IMG/VR virus record: IMGVR_UViG_3300021478_000022
Coordinates: 14,688 to 78,687 of that record
DNA length: 64,000 nt
Source of the DNA: a virus
Direction: 5' to 3' (one strand)
Part shown: positions 56,034 to 64,000 of the stretch, piece by piece
How the letters are laid out: the number at the start of each line of letters is the position of its first letter
How positions within the stretch are numbered: the stretch's first letter is position 1
Program-made: the position numbers and the translations under genes
Notes under the pieces: model-generated
Database searches by the model: none
The model's input: the letters and a program-made list of their open reading frames with translations, nothing else
Told to the model about the DNA's origin: nothing

Positions 56034-56332
56034 TGTCGCACCACTTCCTCAAGAAGAACCGCCGCCTGATTGATCTCGACACCCAAGACGCCGGTGATGG
56101 CCACGAACAGTTGGTATGCCTCTGCCGCGCTGCACGGGTCAACGATGCTCGGCTTCTGCGACCATCCGTTCTGGGAGAGGTTCAGGAGCCCCTGCAAGAA
56201 CCCCGCACGCCTCATCCCGGCCATCTCATCCGTCAGACCATGACCCATGCGCTTGAACAGATCGAGGATGGTCTTCCTATTGTCCAGTCCCTCGAAGCTG
56301 CCAAACTGCGCCGAGTCGTAGTACATGGGCAC
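56027..56332 (-). CDS. hypothetical protein
   Basis: 101 aa, coupled. Confidence 0.55.
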   Translation of the reverse strand: MPMYYDSAQFGSFEGLDNRKTILDLFKRMGHGLTDEMAGMRRAGFLQGLLNLSQNGWSQKPSIVDPCSAAEAYQLFVAITGVLGVEINQAAVLLEEVVRQL

Positions 56333-56961
56333 CTACGGGGGAAGGTCCTTGTCCATGCGGGCGTTGGCGCGAATCGTTGCCATCTTCTGCGCCTCATCTT
56401 CCGAGTACCCGGCTTCCTTGGCCAGCTCCAGCAGTTCCTCCGCATTGAGAACCCCGCAGTAGGAGGCGTCGTGCAAGCGTTCCCAAGCTTTTGCTTGGGT
56501 CAAAAGGTCGTACAGGACATCCTCCTCGAATTGCCCTACTGTTCGTAGGTCACCCTGGCATCCCCCGAACTCACGCCAGAGGAGGGCTTTTCTCCGGTAC
56601 TTCGCTCGAAAAAAACCTTGAGCTTCTCCACCTCCTCGCACAGCAATTTCATGAAGGTCAAGGCATCGGTGAGAGAGAGGTGCTGAGCGACGTGGCTGGC
56701 ATCTTCGGCGTTCGTCACTCCACCGGCCGCTTCGATCATGCCTTGCACCCACGTCCGGCATCGGGTGTTCCTCTCCACCAACCTGTCTTTTAGGATCACC
56801 CCCTTTTCATCTCTGAAGGAGTGGTCGATCTCCACCCACTCGTCCCAGACGCCGATGACGTCCAGTTCGATGGTGACGCTCCCCGCCTCGTCCCCGAACT
56901 CGAACTTCCTGATCCCCCTCCGTCCGACCTTGATTATCCCGTCACCGTTGGTCGCGCTCAT
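56333..56961 (-). CDS. tail assembly chaperone pair (short form 56536-56961; -1 frameshift extension to 56333)
   Basis: Slippery T TTT TTC at 56614-56608; the -1 frame is open to 56333. Confidence 0.65.
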
Positions 56962-57149
56962 CACTTTGCCTCCCTGAAAGCAAGGGCGCCTCCAGCGCAG
57001 TCCAGTAGATGGTGGTATTGATCGCGGAATTTCGCTGCCGCTTCCTGCCACTCGGACGACTCGTTCTTCCAGTTGCCATTGCCAGCCGAGCAGATGATCG
57101 TCCACCCAAACTCGACTAGATCAACCAACTCTTTCTTTTCCATGCTCAC
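56961..57149 (-). CDS. hypothetical protein
   Basis: 62 aa, coupled. Confidence 0.5.
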   Translation of the reverse strand: MSMEKKELVDLVEFGWTIICSAGNGNWKNESSEWQEAAAKFRDQYHHLLDCAGGALAFREAK

Positions 57150-57946
57150 AACCGCCCCCTCTGCAAGAGATACAGCACAATGTCCACCAGCCCGTACACA
57201 CCCTGTTCAGTGATGTCGCGCCACCAATTTTGGGGCCAGCGTGAAGGTTCGGGCCACAGTCGCCTCTGCGGTAGTCTACCCGGTATCCCCCGGTGGTGGG
57301 TAGCGGCAAATTTCCGATTGGTCCCCACGATCACCTCGCCCCTCCCCAAGTCGAACACCTGATTCTCCACCTTGGGCGGCGCCGAGAGGGCCTGCTGCCC
57401 CACCACGACGCCCGGAGACAGGGAATTGAGCAAGAGCCCCTTGTCGCGCAGGATCTCCACCTTGGTGCCGCCATACTCGCTCAGCAGCGTCTTGGCGCCT
57501 TCCCGCTTCAGCACCATCCACGCAATGGCAGCGCCCCACCCTCTGGGCGCCCCGCGCGCGTGGTAGGGGGCGCCAGCAGGGGCCCGTCCCCCGACCGAGC
57601 GGTAGACGCTCCACCAGCGGGCGCGTTGTTCCTTCGTCAGCATCCACGAGGGAGCGAAGGGAGCGCGCAGCTTGCCGGGGAACAACACCCCCGGATGGCG
57701 GCGTGAGTAGGCTATGGTCGTCTTCTTGAGGGGTGGCCAGCGCAGCCCCGACTCGTCCGAACCACCGCGCGCCTTGGCGATGAAGGCTGTGCGGATGCGT
57801 CCGAGCAGCGCCAGTCCCATGCGAATGAGCAGCGCCTGCTGGAGGCCGGCGGCGGACTGACCGTGACCGGAGGCGATGGCGGGGACTTGCCGCAGGATGG
57901 CGAGTACCTGCTCGCGGGTGGCGCGGACGTGGATGGTGATGTTCAA
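57146..57946 (-). CDS. virion morphogenesis protein (Mu gpG-like)
   Basis: G.RWPPL...T, IL.D.G.L..SL, VGTN..FA..H..G...LP.R. Confidence 0.8.
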   Translation of the reverse strand: MNITIHVRATREQVLAILRQVPAIASGHGQSAAGLQQALLIRMGLALLGRIRTAFIAKARGGSDESGLRWPPLKKTTIAYSRRHPGVLFPGKLRAPFAPSWMLTKEQRARWWSVYRSVGGRAPAGAPYHARGAPRGWGAAIAWMVLKREGAKTLLSEYGGTKVEILRDKGLLLNSLSPGVVVGQQALSAPPKVENQVFDLGRGEVIVGTNRKFAATHHRGIPGRLPQRRLWPEPSRWPQNWWRDITEQGVYGLVDIVLYLLQRGRL

Positions 57947-60900
57947 GGTGTCAACACCTGGAAATTCGAGTAGGTCATGGTGGCATTGACGTTGTTCCTT
58001 ATTCCGGCCCCAGTCGCAGTGTTCAGGTCGGCGCTGGTGAAGGTGCAGCCGGACACCGCTGCACCGTTGTAGTAGACCTGAAACACGTTTCCCACGACTT
58101 TTAGCTCCAGCGTCTCATTCGTGCTGCCAGCAAAGGTTATCGCCCCGTTGGGTCCTCTCTGGGTTGCGACTCCCGCCAGTACCTCGAAAATGGCAACCGT
58201 GGTCGTCGAAGTGACCACCGCCAGCCAGTAGTTGTTGAGGTCCTGTACCCTTGCCGCGACACCGGGGAAAGCCGACGTCGAGCCATTGACTGTAGCCGAG
58301 ACGTCCATGTCCGGCTGAGTGGCGTTGCCAATGGCCAAGCAAACGCCAGCAGTTGTAGGGACACAACCACCAGAGCCGTTCGTCGTGAAGTCGCCGGACA
58401 GGTCCGTCCAGTTGCCGCCCACATTCATCGGACGAGCGGTGATGCTAACCCCATTGCTTCCTGCCATGAGATCCTTGAGCAGGACAACCAGATAGGGCAC
58501 CTTCAACTCGGCAGACTGCGGACCCGTCACGCCTCCACCCACCGCAGCGACCTTGTAGTAGTAGGTGGTGTTGGCGGCCACCCCGGCATCGACGTAGCCC
58601 GCCGATGGAGAGGTGTCGTACTGGACCTCGTTTCCTGGCGTCGTGCTGCGGTAGATGATGTAGCTGGTGGCGTTGGTGACTGCCGGCCAGACCAGCGTGA
58701 GAGTCGGCGAGGTCGCGCTGCCTGTCACCTGGAACGGCGCCAGCAGCCCCGCTTGCGGGACAAACGGCCACGATAATCCTGCTCCGCTATTCCACCTGAT
58801 CGCTATGCTGGCGGCAGTCGCCGTCGCGTTGTAGATGCCAACCTCGTCCATTGTGCCAGTCAATTCATTGCCGCCACCGACGAAACTTCCCAGGGTCAAG
58901 GGCGCTGTTCCCGTAGCAGGCAGTGCCGCCGGGATGGTGCCTGCGAACGTCAACGTTTGCAGGATGCCGTTGATGTAAACGGCCAACCGACCGGCGTTAC
59001 CTGTGCCGGCGCCATTGAAAACGATGCAGATGTAGTAGGGCGTGCCCTGAACTGGGCTAAAGACCGTCTCCGCATAGGTTCCGGTGTCCGAAACGCTGGT
59101 GGGAATGTTGATGCGGAACTTGCCCGTATCTGAGCCACGGTACTGGAACAAAAAAGTCAAATTTGTCGAAAGGAAGTCTCCAACGCAGACGATGCCGCTC
59201 GTGATGGTCGTGTCATTAACCCTGACGAAAGTGTCGACCGTCAGAGCCGTGGCACCGTCTAAAACGGTTGGGTGGGCAGTTGAGAGATAATCGGCTGGGC
59301 TTGCCCCAGCAAGGAATATGCAACCCTTGTTGATGAAGCCTATGGCCTGCGTCACGTTGCCGTTCACGGTCAGCGTATGTCCGTTGCCGCTGCTATCGAT
59401 GGTGAGGGAATCGAACGCATAGTATGCCACGAGATTGGTCAGCAGCGGTGAGCTACCCGTGAACGATTGCGTTTCAGCAGACCTCGGACCCTCTACTCCT
59501 GCGCTGTTAACTGCGGTGACTTGGTAATAACCTGCCCCGGCACTGCTGAGATAGGTGTTAGTCGTCACGTTGCTGGCCAGCAGAGTTTCGCTTCCGGGCG
59601 TGGCGCCGTAGTAGACGTTGTAAGCCACATCGCCCACACCGGAGTTCCAGGACCACTTGACCAGGATATTCGCGCCGCTAGTAGCTGCCACTACGCCGGT
59701 TGGGGCTGCTGGAGTGGTGAGAGCAGCTTGGCCGAATGTGTTGTCCAGCACGCCGCTTGGACTGAAGCGGGCCAAGAAAATGGCCGTGATGTAGCCGATG
59801 GCGGACGTGTAGCCAACGGTCCCCACGATGACGATGTTGCCACTGGCATCGAGCTTGAAACTGTTCAGGACCGAGGTTATCCCAGCGCCGTACACGCCGA
59901 CTGCCGGGTAATAAGTGAGGATGCCGCCCGTGCCGAAGGTGGCGTCCAAAGTGCCATTGTCCGTCCCGCCCGTCACCGAGGCGTTGTAGCGGCAGATCGC
60001 AATACCGTAGTTGGGGTTGGCGCCGGACACGACCAGCACCGAGCCTCCGACCAGGAGACGGCTGGCCGAGTCGAGAGCGAGCATGGAGGAGAAGGACAGG
60101 TTATTCAGCCCCACCGTCGTAGTCACGACACCGTTTGTCCCCCAGGTGTTGTCAGGGGTGCCGGTGGACGACCAGCGCATCACGGTCCAGGTGCCGTTGA
60201 CACCGTTCGTCGACACGTAGCCCGTGGCGTAGATTCTGCCGTTTGCGTCCTCGGCCAGCGCTTTGCCGGCCATCGCGCCGAAAGACCCTTGATTATTAGG
60301 AAGGCAAGGAGCGCCGCTGCCGGAGGCCAAGCCCACCCAGAAACTTCCTATGGTGGCTAAACCGGCAGTATTATTGTTGCCCACGAGGACGATGCCGCCC
60401 GTTCCGAAGGTGGTGTCCAAGGCTCCAGTGCTTGTCAACTGGGCAAGAGCCCAAGAGGTGTTATTTCTCTGAGCGTAAGCCTGGAAATACGGCTGCACGC
60501 CACCTATCCCGGCATTGGGCGGAACGTTCCAGGTATTCGGGGCAATGGCAGAGCAGCCGCCAATCAAGATTTTGCCACTGGCGCGCACGAGGACGCTTGT
60601 AGCGGTGTCCACTCCATTTCCTGGAACCCCTGTGAGGCGAAACGCTTTGCCGCCCCCGCCGGAGGCTGCACCGAAGCCGAACGCGACCGACCCGAAGGTG
60701 GTGTCGATGTCTCCGGTCGGCTTGTAGCGGATGCAGGCGAAAAAGGCGTCCTGAGTCGTGTTGATGCACCGAGCCTGCGTCCAGCCCACTGCCACGATGT
60801 TGCCACTGGCATCAATGTCAAAGTCGGAGACCATCCCAGCGATGGTTCCATCGAACGAGTTGCCCAGCGCCACAGGACTACCAGAACTGGACGAAGAAGA

Positions 60901-61737
60901 ACTACTGGACGAGCCGAACCAGCTTATCATCGGGAAGCCGGCGCGCCCCTGCATCCCGGTCGTGTTGGCTGCGTTGAACGTCGTGTCCAAGACCCCGGCC
61001 GAGGTGTAGGCGTCCACGCTGTAGCTGTTGAGCATATAGACGTTGATCGGGATGCCGGAATTGGCCCCGACCGCCGTATGCGGAGTAGGAGATGACCCCA
61101 GTTGCCCACGAACGATAGTCCAGTTCGTTCCCCCACCGTAGGAGGTCGCCTGGAAGAACTCTATTGCCCCGAGGCCGGCATCGCCGCCGTCATTGAAGTA
61201 CCAATTGGAAGGGGTAGGAGGCAGGAACGTCGCGAGTCCCGTACCGAACACCGTCGCTGTCACGGTGATCGAAGTGGCGCCAGCCGTCAGAGGGTCGGTC
61301 GAAAGGTAAGGGATGCTCCGCACGCCGCAAGAGCGGGTGCGCAGACAGGTCAGGATACGACCGCTGGGCAAAGCAACGATTCGACCGTAACCTCCGTAGG
61401 GCTGGTCGTTCAGCGAGTTCGTCTGGTACAGATAGCCGGCGCCGGCAGCGAAGGTCGTGTCGAGTTTGGAGCCATTGGCCGTGTAGCGGAACAGTGTGGC
61501 AACGTCCGATGGCGTTTCGATCCCAAAGCCGTTGGCGACGTAGCCGCTCACCACGATCTTGCCATCGGTGGGCTGGATGGCCAGATCGTGCGCGACGATG
61601 TAGGTGAAAGGCGAGTTGGACCCCAACCCTGCGAGGGTAAGACCGGCGGGGGAGGGCTGGACGAAGAAACCAGCGGCGAGGGCGGGTGGCGCTGGTGTCA
61701 CTGATTTCTTCAGGGTCTCTATCAGCGCCACGTTCAT
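57943..61737 (-). CDS. large fibre/adhesin: delta-60-type beta-propeller + FN3 + LamG + FN3 + lectin-like C-terminus
   Basis: Seven G.LD.TF-type repeats, IQPTDGKIVV, YNVYY/YYQVTAV FN3, LVAYY...GTMDEVGIYN LamG, poly-Ser insert. Confidence 0.8.
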   Translation of the reverse strand: MNVALIETLKKSVTPAPPALAAGFFVQPSPAGLTLAGLGSNSPFTYIVAHDLAIQPTDGKIVVSGYVANGFGIETPSDVATLFRYTANGSKLDTTFAAGAGYLYQTNSLNDQPYGGYGRIVALPSGRILTCLRTRSCGVRSIPYLSTDPLTAGATSITVTATVFGTGLATFLPPTPSNWYFNDGGDAGLGAIEFFQATSYGGGTNWTIVRGQLGSSPTPHTAVGANSGIPINVYMLNSYSVDAYTSAGVLDTTFNAANTTGMQGRAGFPMISWFGSSSSSSSSSSGSPVALGNSFDGTIAGMVSDFDIDASGNIVAVGWTQARCINTTQDAFFACIRYKPTGDIDTTFGSVAFGFGAASGGGGKAFRLTGVPGNGVDTATSVLVRASGKILIGGCSAIAPNTWNVPPNAGIGGVQPYFQAYAQRNNTSWALAQLTSTGALDTTFGTGGIVLVGNNNTAGLATIGSFWVGLASGSGAPCLPNNQGSFGAMAGKALAEDANGRIYATGYVSTNGVNGTWTVMRWSSTGTPDNTWGTNGVVTTTVGLNNLSFSSMLALDSASRLLVGGSVLVVSGANPNYGIAICRYNASVTGGTDNGTLDATFGTGGILTYYPAVGVYGAGITSVLNSFKLDASGNIVIVGTVGYTSAIGYITAIFLARFSPSGVLDNTFGQAALTTPAAPTGVVAATSGANILVKWSWNSGVGDVAYNVYYGATPGSETLLASNVTTNTYLSSAGAGYYQVTAVNSAGVEGPRSAETQSFTGSSPLLTNLVAYYAFDSLTIDSSGNGHTLTVNGNVTQAIGFINKGCIFLAGASPADYLSTAHPTVLDGATALTVDTFVRVNDTTITSGIVCVGDFLSTNLTFLFQYRGSDTGKFRINIPTSVSDTGTYAETVFSPVQGTPYYICIVFNGAGTGNAGRLAVYINGILQTLTFAGTIPAALPATGTAPLTLGSFVGGGNELTGTMDEVGIYNATATAASIAIRWNSGAGLSWPFVPQAGLLAPFQVTGSATSPTLTLVWPAVTNATSYIIYRSTTPGNEVQYDTSPSAGYVDAGVAANTTYYYKVAAVGGGVTGPQSAELKVPYLVVLLKDLMAGSNGVSITARPMNVGGNWTDLSGDFTTNGSGGCVPTTAGVCLAIGNATQPDMDVSATVNGSTSAFPGVAARVQDLNNYWLAVVTSTTTVAIFEVLAGVATQRGPNGAITFAGSTNETLELKVVGNVFQVYYNGAAVSGCTFTSADLNTATGAGIRNNVNATMTYSNFQVLTP

Positions 61738-62261
61738 CGAAGGCCCAGACTCTTAACCTTGATGGAGCACAGGACGGCCGCCGCCAGCGCCCCGCTGGAT
61801 GCCGACGAAGAGGACGAGCCGCCCGCCGGCACGGTCTTGCCCACAAACCTCACCCGTCCCCCCAGAGGGAACTGGTTGGCGAAAGCAGCCGATGGCGCCG
61901 TGCCGACCGTCCGCGCCTGCTGGATGGCAATGGCGCCAGCCGCTCCACCGGACAGCACCCACGTTTGCGAAGTGCCAGTAGTGACGATCGCGGGGAATCC
62001 CGCCACGTCGACCCAGTTGTTGTCCCCCATGTCGGTCTGCATGATGACGTAGGTGGCCTGACCAGCACCGAGGTTGCCCTGCGTCGTCAGCACCACCACG
62101 GCGGTCATGGCGCAGTCATAGAGCACGGCAAGGGGGTCGCCTTCGGGAGCGTTGGCGTTGCCGTTGGCCAGGTCGCCTTCGGCAGCGGGGACGGGCATGT
62201 TGAGGGCGTACTGCACCCCGTCGATGCTGGGCGACTGCTGGGTACTGGCAAAGACGACCAT
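61734..62261 (-). CDS. putative virion protein with C-terminal Ser tract
   Basis: Beta-sandwich pattern; GGSSSSSASSG. Confidence 0.65.
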   Translation of the reverse strand: MVVFASTQQSPSIDGVQYALNMPVPAAEGDLANGNANAPEGDPLAVLYDCAMTAVVVLTTQGNLGAGQATYVIMQTDMGDNNWVDVAGFPAIVTTGTSQTWVLSGGAAGAIAIQQARTVGTAPSAAFANQFPLGGRVRFVGKTVPAGGSSSSSASSGALAAAVLCSIKVKSLGLR

Positions 62262-62274
62262 GATGCCCCCAATG

Positions 62275-62310
62275 AAAAAAGGCCCGCCCGTTGTGAGCCA
62301 CGGACGGGCC
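62275..62310 (-). terminator. intrinsic terminator
   Basis: GGCCCGTCCG/CGGGCGGGCC stem followed by TTTTTT. Confidence 0.75.
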
Positions 62311-62338
62311 TAGCGCGACCGAACCGACGAACCGAGAC

Positions 62339-63100
62339 TTAGGCGGCGATGATCTCAGCGCAGATCGACGTCGCCAAGGCCAAAGCGCCACCGGCGCCCG
62401 ACGAACCGGAGGAGGTCGCGGACGGCGACGCCAGAACAATGTTCATCTGGTTGCCCGGTGTGCCGACGATGCCGCCACCGGAAACGCCAGGAGTGTTGGA
62501 GTCGCTGGGCAACGGGATGTTCAGGGGGCCCGTGTTCTGGCCGATGAGGTCCATCTGCCATGTGACCGTTCCTGGGAGTACCGGGAACTGTCCGTCAACG
62601 ACCTGTAGCACCGGCTGCGAGGCCCAGCCTGTGGGACCGCCCACGGCTGTAATGACGAGCGATCTGACCCGCCATGCCCGGTTGGCCTGCGCGGGGATGT
62701 TGAGGATGTTCTGCCCACCGCCCAGCTTGTAGGAGGACGGCCACTTCTGCTGCGGAGTCAGGAACGCATCCTGCCACGAGGAGTCGATGGCCGTGGCCAT
62801 CACCACCGTCACCGCACCAGCCGGGCCCAAGGTCGTGACTTGCACGCGCATGGCCACGAAGTCGAGCACCGGCGTCTCGAAGTTTCCCGTCGCCGTCGTG
62901 GTCGACTGCCCGGACGAGAACGGGAAGATGTTGACGTTGATCGGGATGAAGTTGAGCCCGTCCGTCGAGCCGAAGAACGAGACCGTCGTGCCGGCACCCG
63001 ACAACGCTGGAATCCCGATCCCTACCTTTGCCATCCCGCCACAAAAAATTGTAAGGGACTGGGTGGCGTTGTTCAGCACCTCACGGATGATTGTCGCCAT
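62339..63100 (-). CDS. putative virion protein with C-terminal Ser tract
   Basis: F.GSTDG.NF, ...MRVQV beta-sandwich; SPSATSSGSSG. Confidence 0.65.
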   Translation of the reverse strand: MATIIREVLNNATQSLTIFCGGMAKVGIGIPALSGAGTTVSFFGSTDGLNFIPINVNIFPFSSGQSTTTATGNFETPVLDFVAMRVQVTTLGPAGAVTVVMATAIDSSWQDAFLTPQQKWPSSYKLGGGQNILNIPAQANRAWRVRSLVITAVGGPTGWASQPVLQVVDGQFPVLPGTVTWQMDLIGQNTGPLNIPLPSDSNTPGVSGGGIVGTPGNQMNIVLASPSATSSGSSGAGGALALATSICAEIIAA

Positions 63101-63109
63101 GTCGGCTCC

Positions 63110-63883
63110 TTAGTATTCCCATTGCAACGAAAAGATGCTGTTCCAGTCCACATATTGCCCGTACTGCGTCGGGGTCATTTCGCTCAGGTTCTGCTCCACC
63201 CGCATCTTGGCGTAGGTGTAGCTAATGTCCACGGTCACATTCGTGATGAACGGCCAGCCCGCACTCCTGGTCCCGATGTCCTCGATGCTCAGTTGGCCCA
63301 TCCGAACCATCTTCAGTTCATCGAGCGCGTCCTTGGCGTCCTGAGCCACGCTCCCCGGTGGCGACTGCCCTCTCCGCGAGCACAACCACTTCGAGGCCAG
63401 CGCCGTGGCCCACCTGTTCACGCTGCCCCGCTCCGTGGCGTTGTTGTAAAGGTCGGTGTCGTCGTACCGCATCGAGCAGTACAGTTTCACCTGCGAGGTT
63501 CCGTACTGGCAGGCTTTCACCAACCTCTGCGCCAGCGCGAAGTTCACTCCGTTGTCTATCGCCGTGCTGAGCTGGTTCACGGCTGCCGCGAGCGGCGCGA
63601 CCGTCAGGCTCGTAGCCCCAACGGTTGCTACCGCGCTCGTTACCACTTCCACCACGGCGGGGAGGTTTGACCCCTGGAACTCCAGAACACTCCCGGCCAA
63701 GAGCGGTGACTGGAGCGCCGTCACGTTGACCGCCGTTGCTCCCTGTGCCGCTGCCGCCGTTACCTGTATCGTCAGGCCCGTCGCCTGGTTGTAATCGTCC
63801 AGCCTCAGTTGGGCGCCATCTGTGCCAAGGGCGTCGAAAACGTCGCTGGGCAGGCAGTAGAGGTTGGGCAGCGTCAGGGCCAT
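63110..63883 (-). CDS. head-tail connector (Mu gp36-like) with a beta-rich insert
   Basis: YC...DV...LG, V..Y...RY, LA...L..RRG, AL.EL.....G.L. Confidence 0.7.
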   Translation of the reverse strand: MALTLPNLYCLPSDVFDALGTDGAQLRLDDYNQATGLTIQVTAAAAQGATAVNVTALQSPLLAGSVLEFQGSNLPAVVEVVTSAVATVGATSLTVAPLAAAVNQLSTAIDNGVNFALAQRLVKACQYGTSQVKLYCSMRYDDTDLYNNATERGSVNRWATALASKWLCSRRGQSPPGSVAQDAKDALDELKMVRMGQLSIEDIGTRSAGWPFITNVTVDISYTYAKMRVEQNLSEMTPTQYGQYVDWNSIFSLQWEY

Positions 63884-64000
63884 GTCCCACCTCTTACGGG
63901 AAGACCACGGTCCCCGGAGCCAAGACCTTGGGTATGAAAAGCAGCGGGACACAGTTGAGGAGCGAGATCAAGTCAATCGCCCCCGCTGTGTCACATATTC

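Noticed and set aside
1-64000. tRNA/rRNA genes, integrase, terminase, major capsid protein, stop-codon recoding
   Set aside because: None recognised by eye; genes are intact under code 11, and the single premature TGA at 26465-26467 is accompanied by a frameshift

Overview
This window is a 64-kb segment of a GC-rich tailed dsDNA phage or prophage genome, with almost all genes on the minus strand. Read in transcription order (high to low coordinates) it has five regions. (i) Virion morphogenesis, about 63.9-40.2 kb: head-tail connector, a 1264-aa propeller/LamG fibre, a Mu gpG-like protein, a tail chaperone with a -1 slippery site, tube- and tape-like proteins, portal, MuF head morphogenesis protein, an FAD oxidoreductase and several Ser-rich proteins. 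(ii) A ~17-kb glycan cluster, 40.2-23.2 kb: about 7 glycosyltransferase genes including four GT9 (heptosyltransferase-like) domains, 5-6 SAM methyltransferases including an NDP-sugar C-methyltransferase, and a radical SAM enzyme. (iii) A membrane/secreted module, 23.2-14.9 kb: two CxxCH proteins and an S53 protease lacking a propeptide. (iv) A structured non-coding region at about 14.0-14.5 kb, followed by a replication/recombination operon (AAA, ParB-like, SF2 helicase, nucleases) that also encodes a bifunctional HldE ADP-heptose synthase. (v) A sigma54-like promoter ahead of an accessory operon (DUF932, two-domain clamp-like protein, C5 methyltransferase). No terminase, major capsid protein, integrase, tRNA or CRISPR array was recognised. 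The best candidate for a new system is phage-encoded ADP-heptose synthesis plus GT9 enzymes plus poly-Ser tracts in at least six predicted virion proteins, which suggests O-heptosylation and methylated-glycan decoration of the virion. That link is inference. All family assignments come from motif recognition by eye, not database searches.
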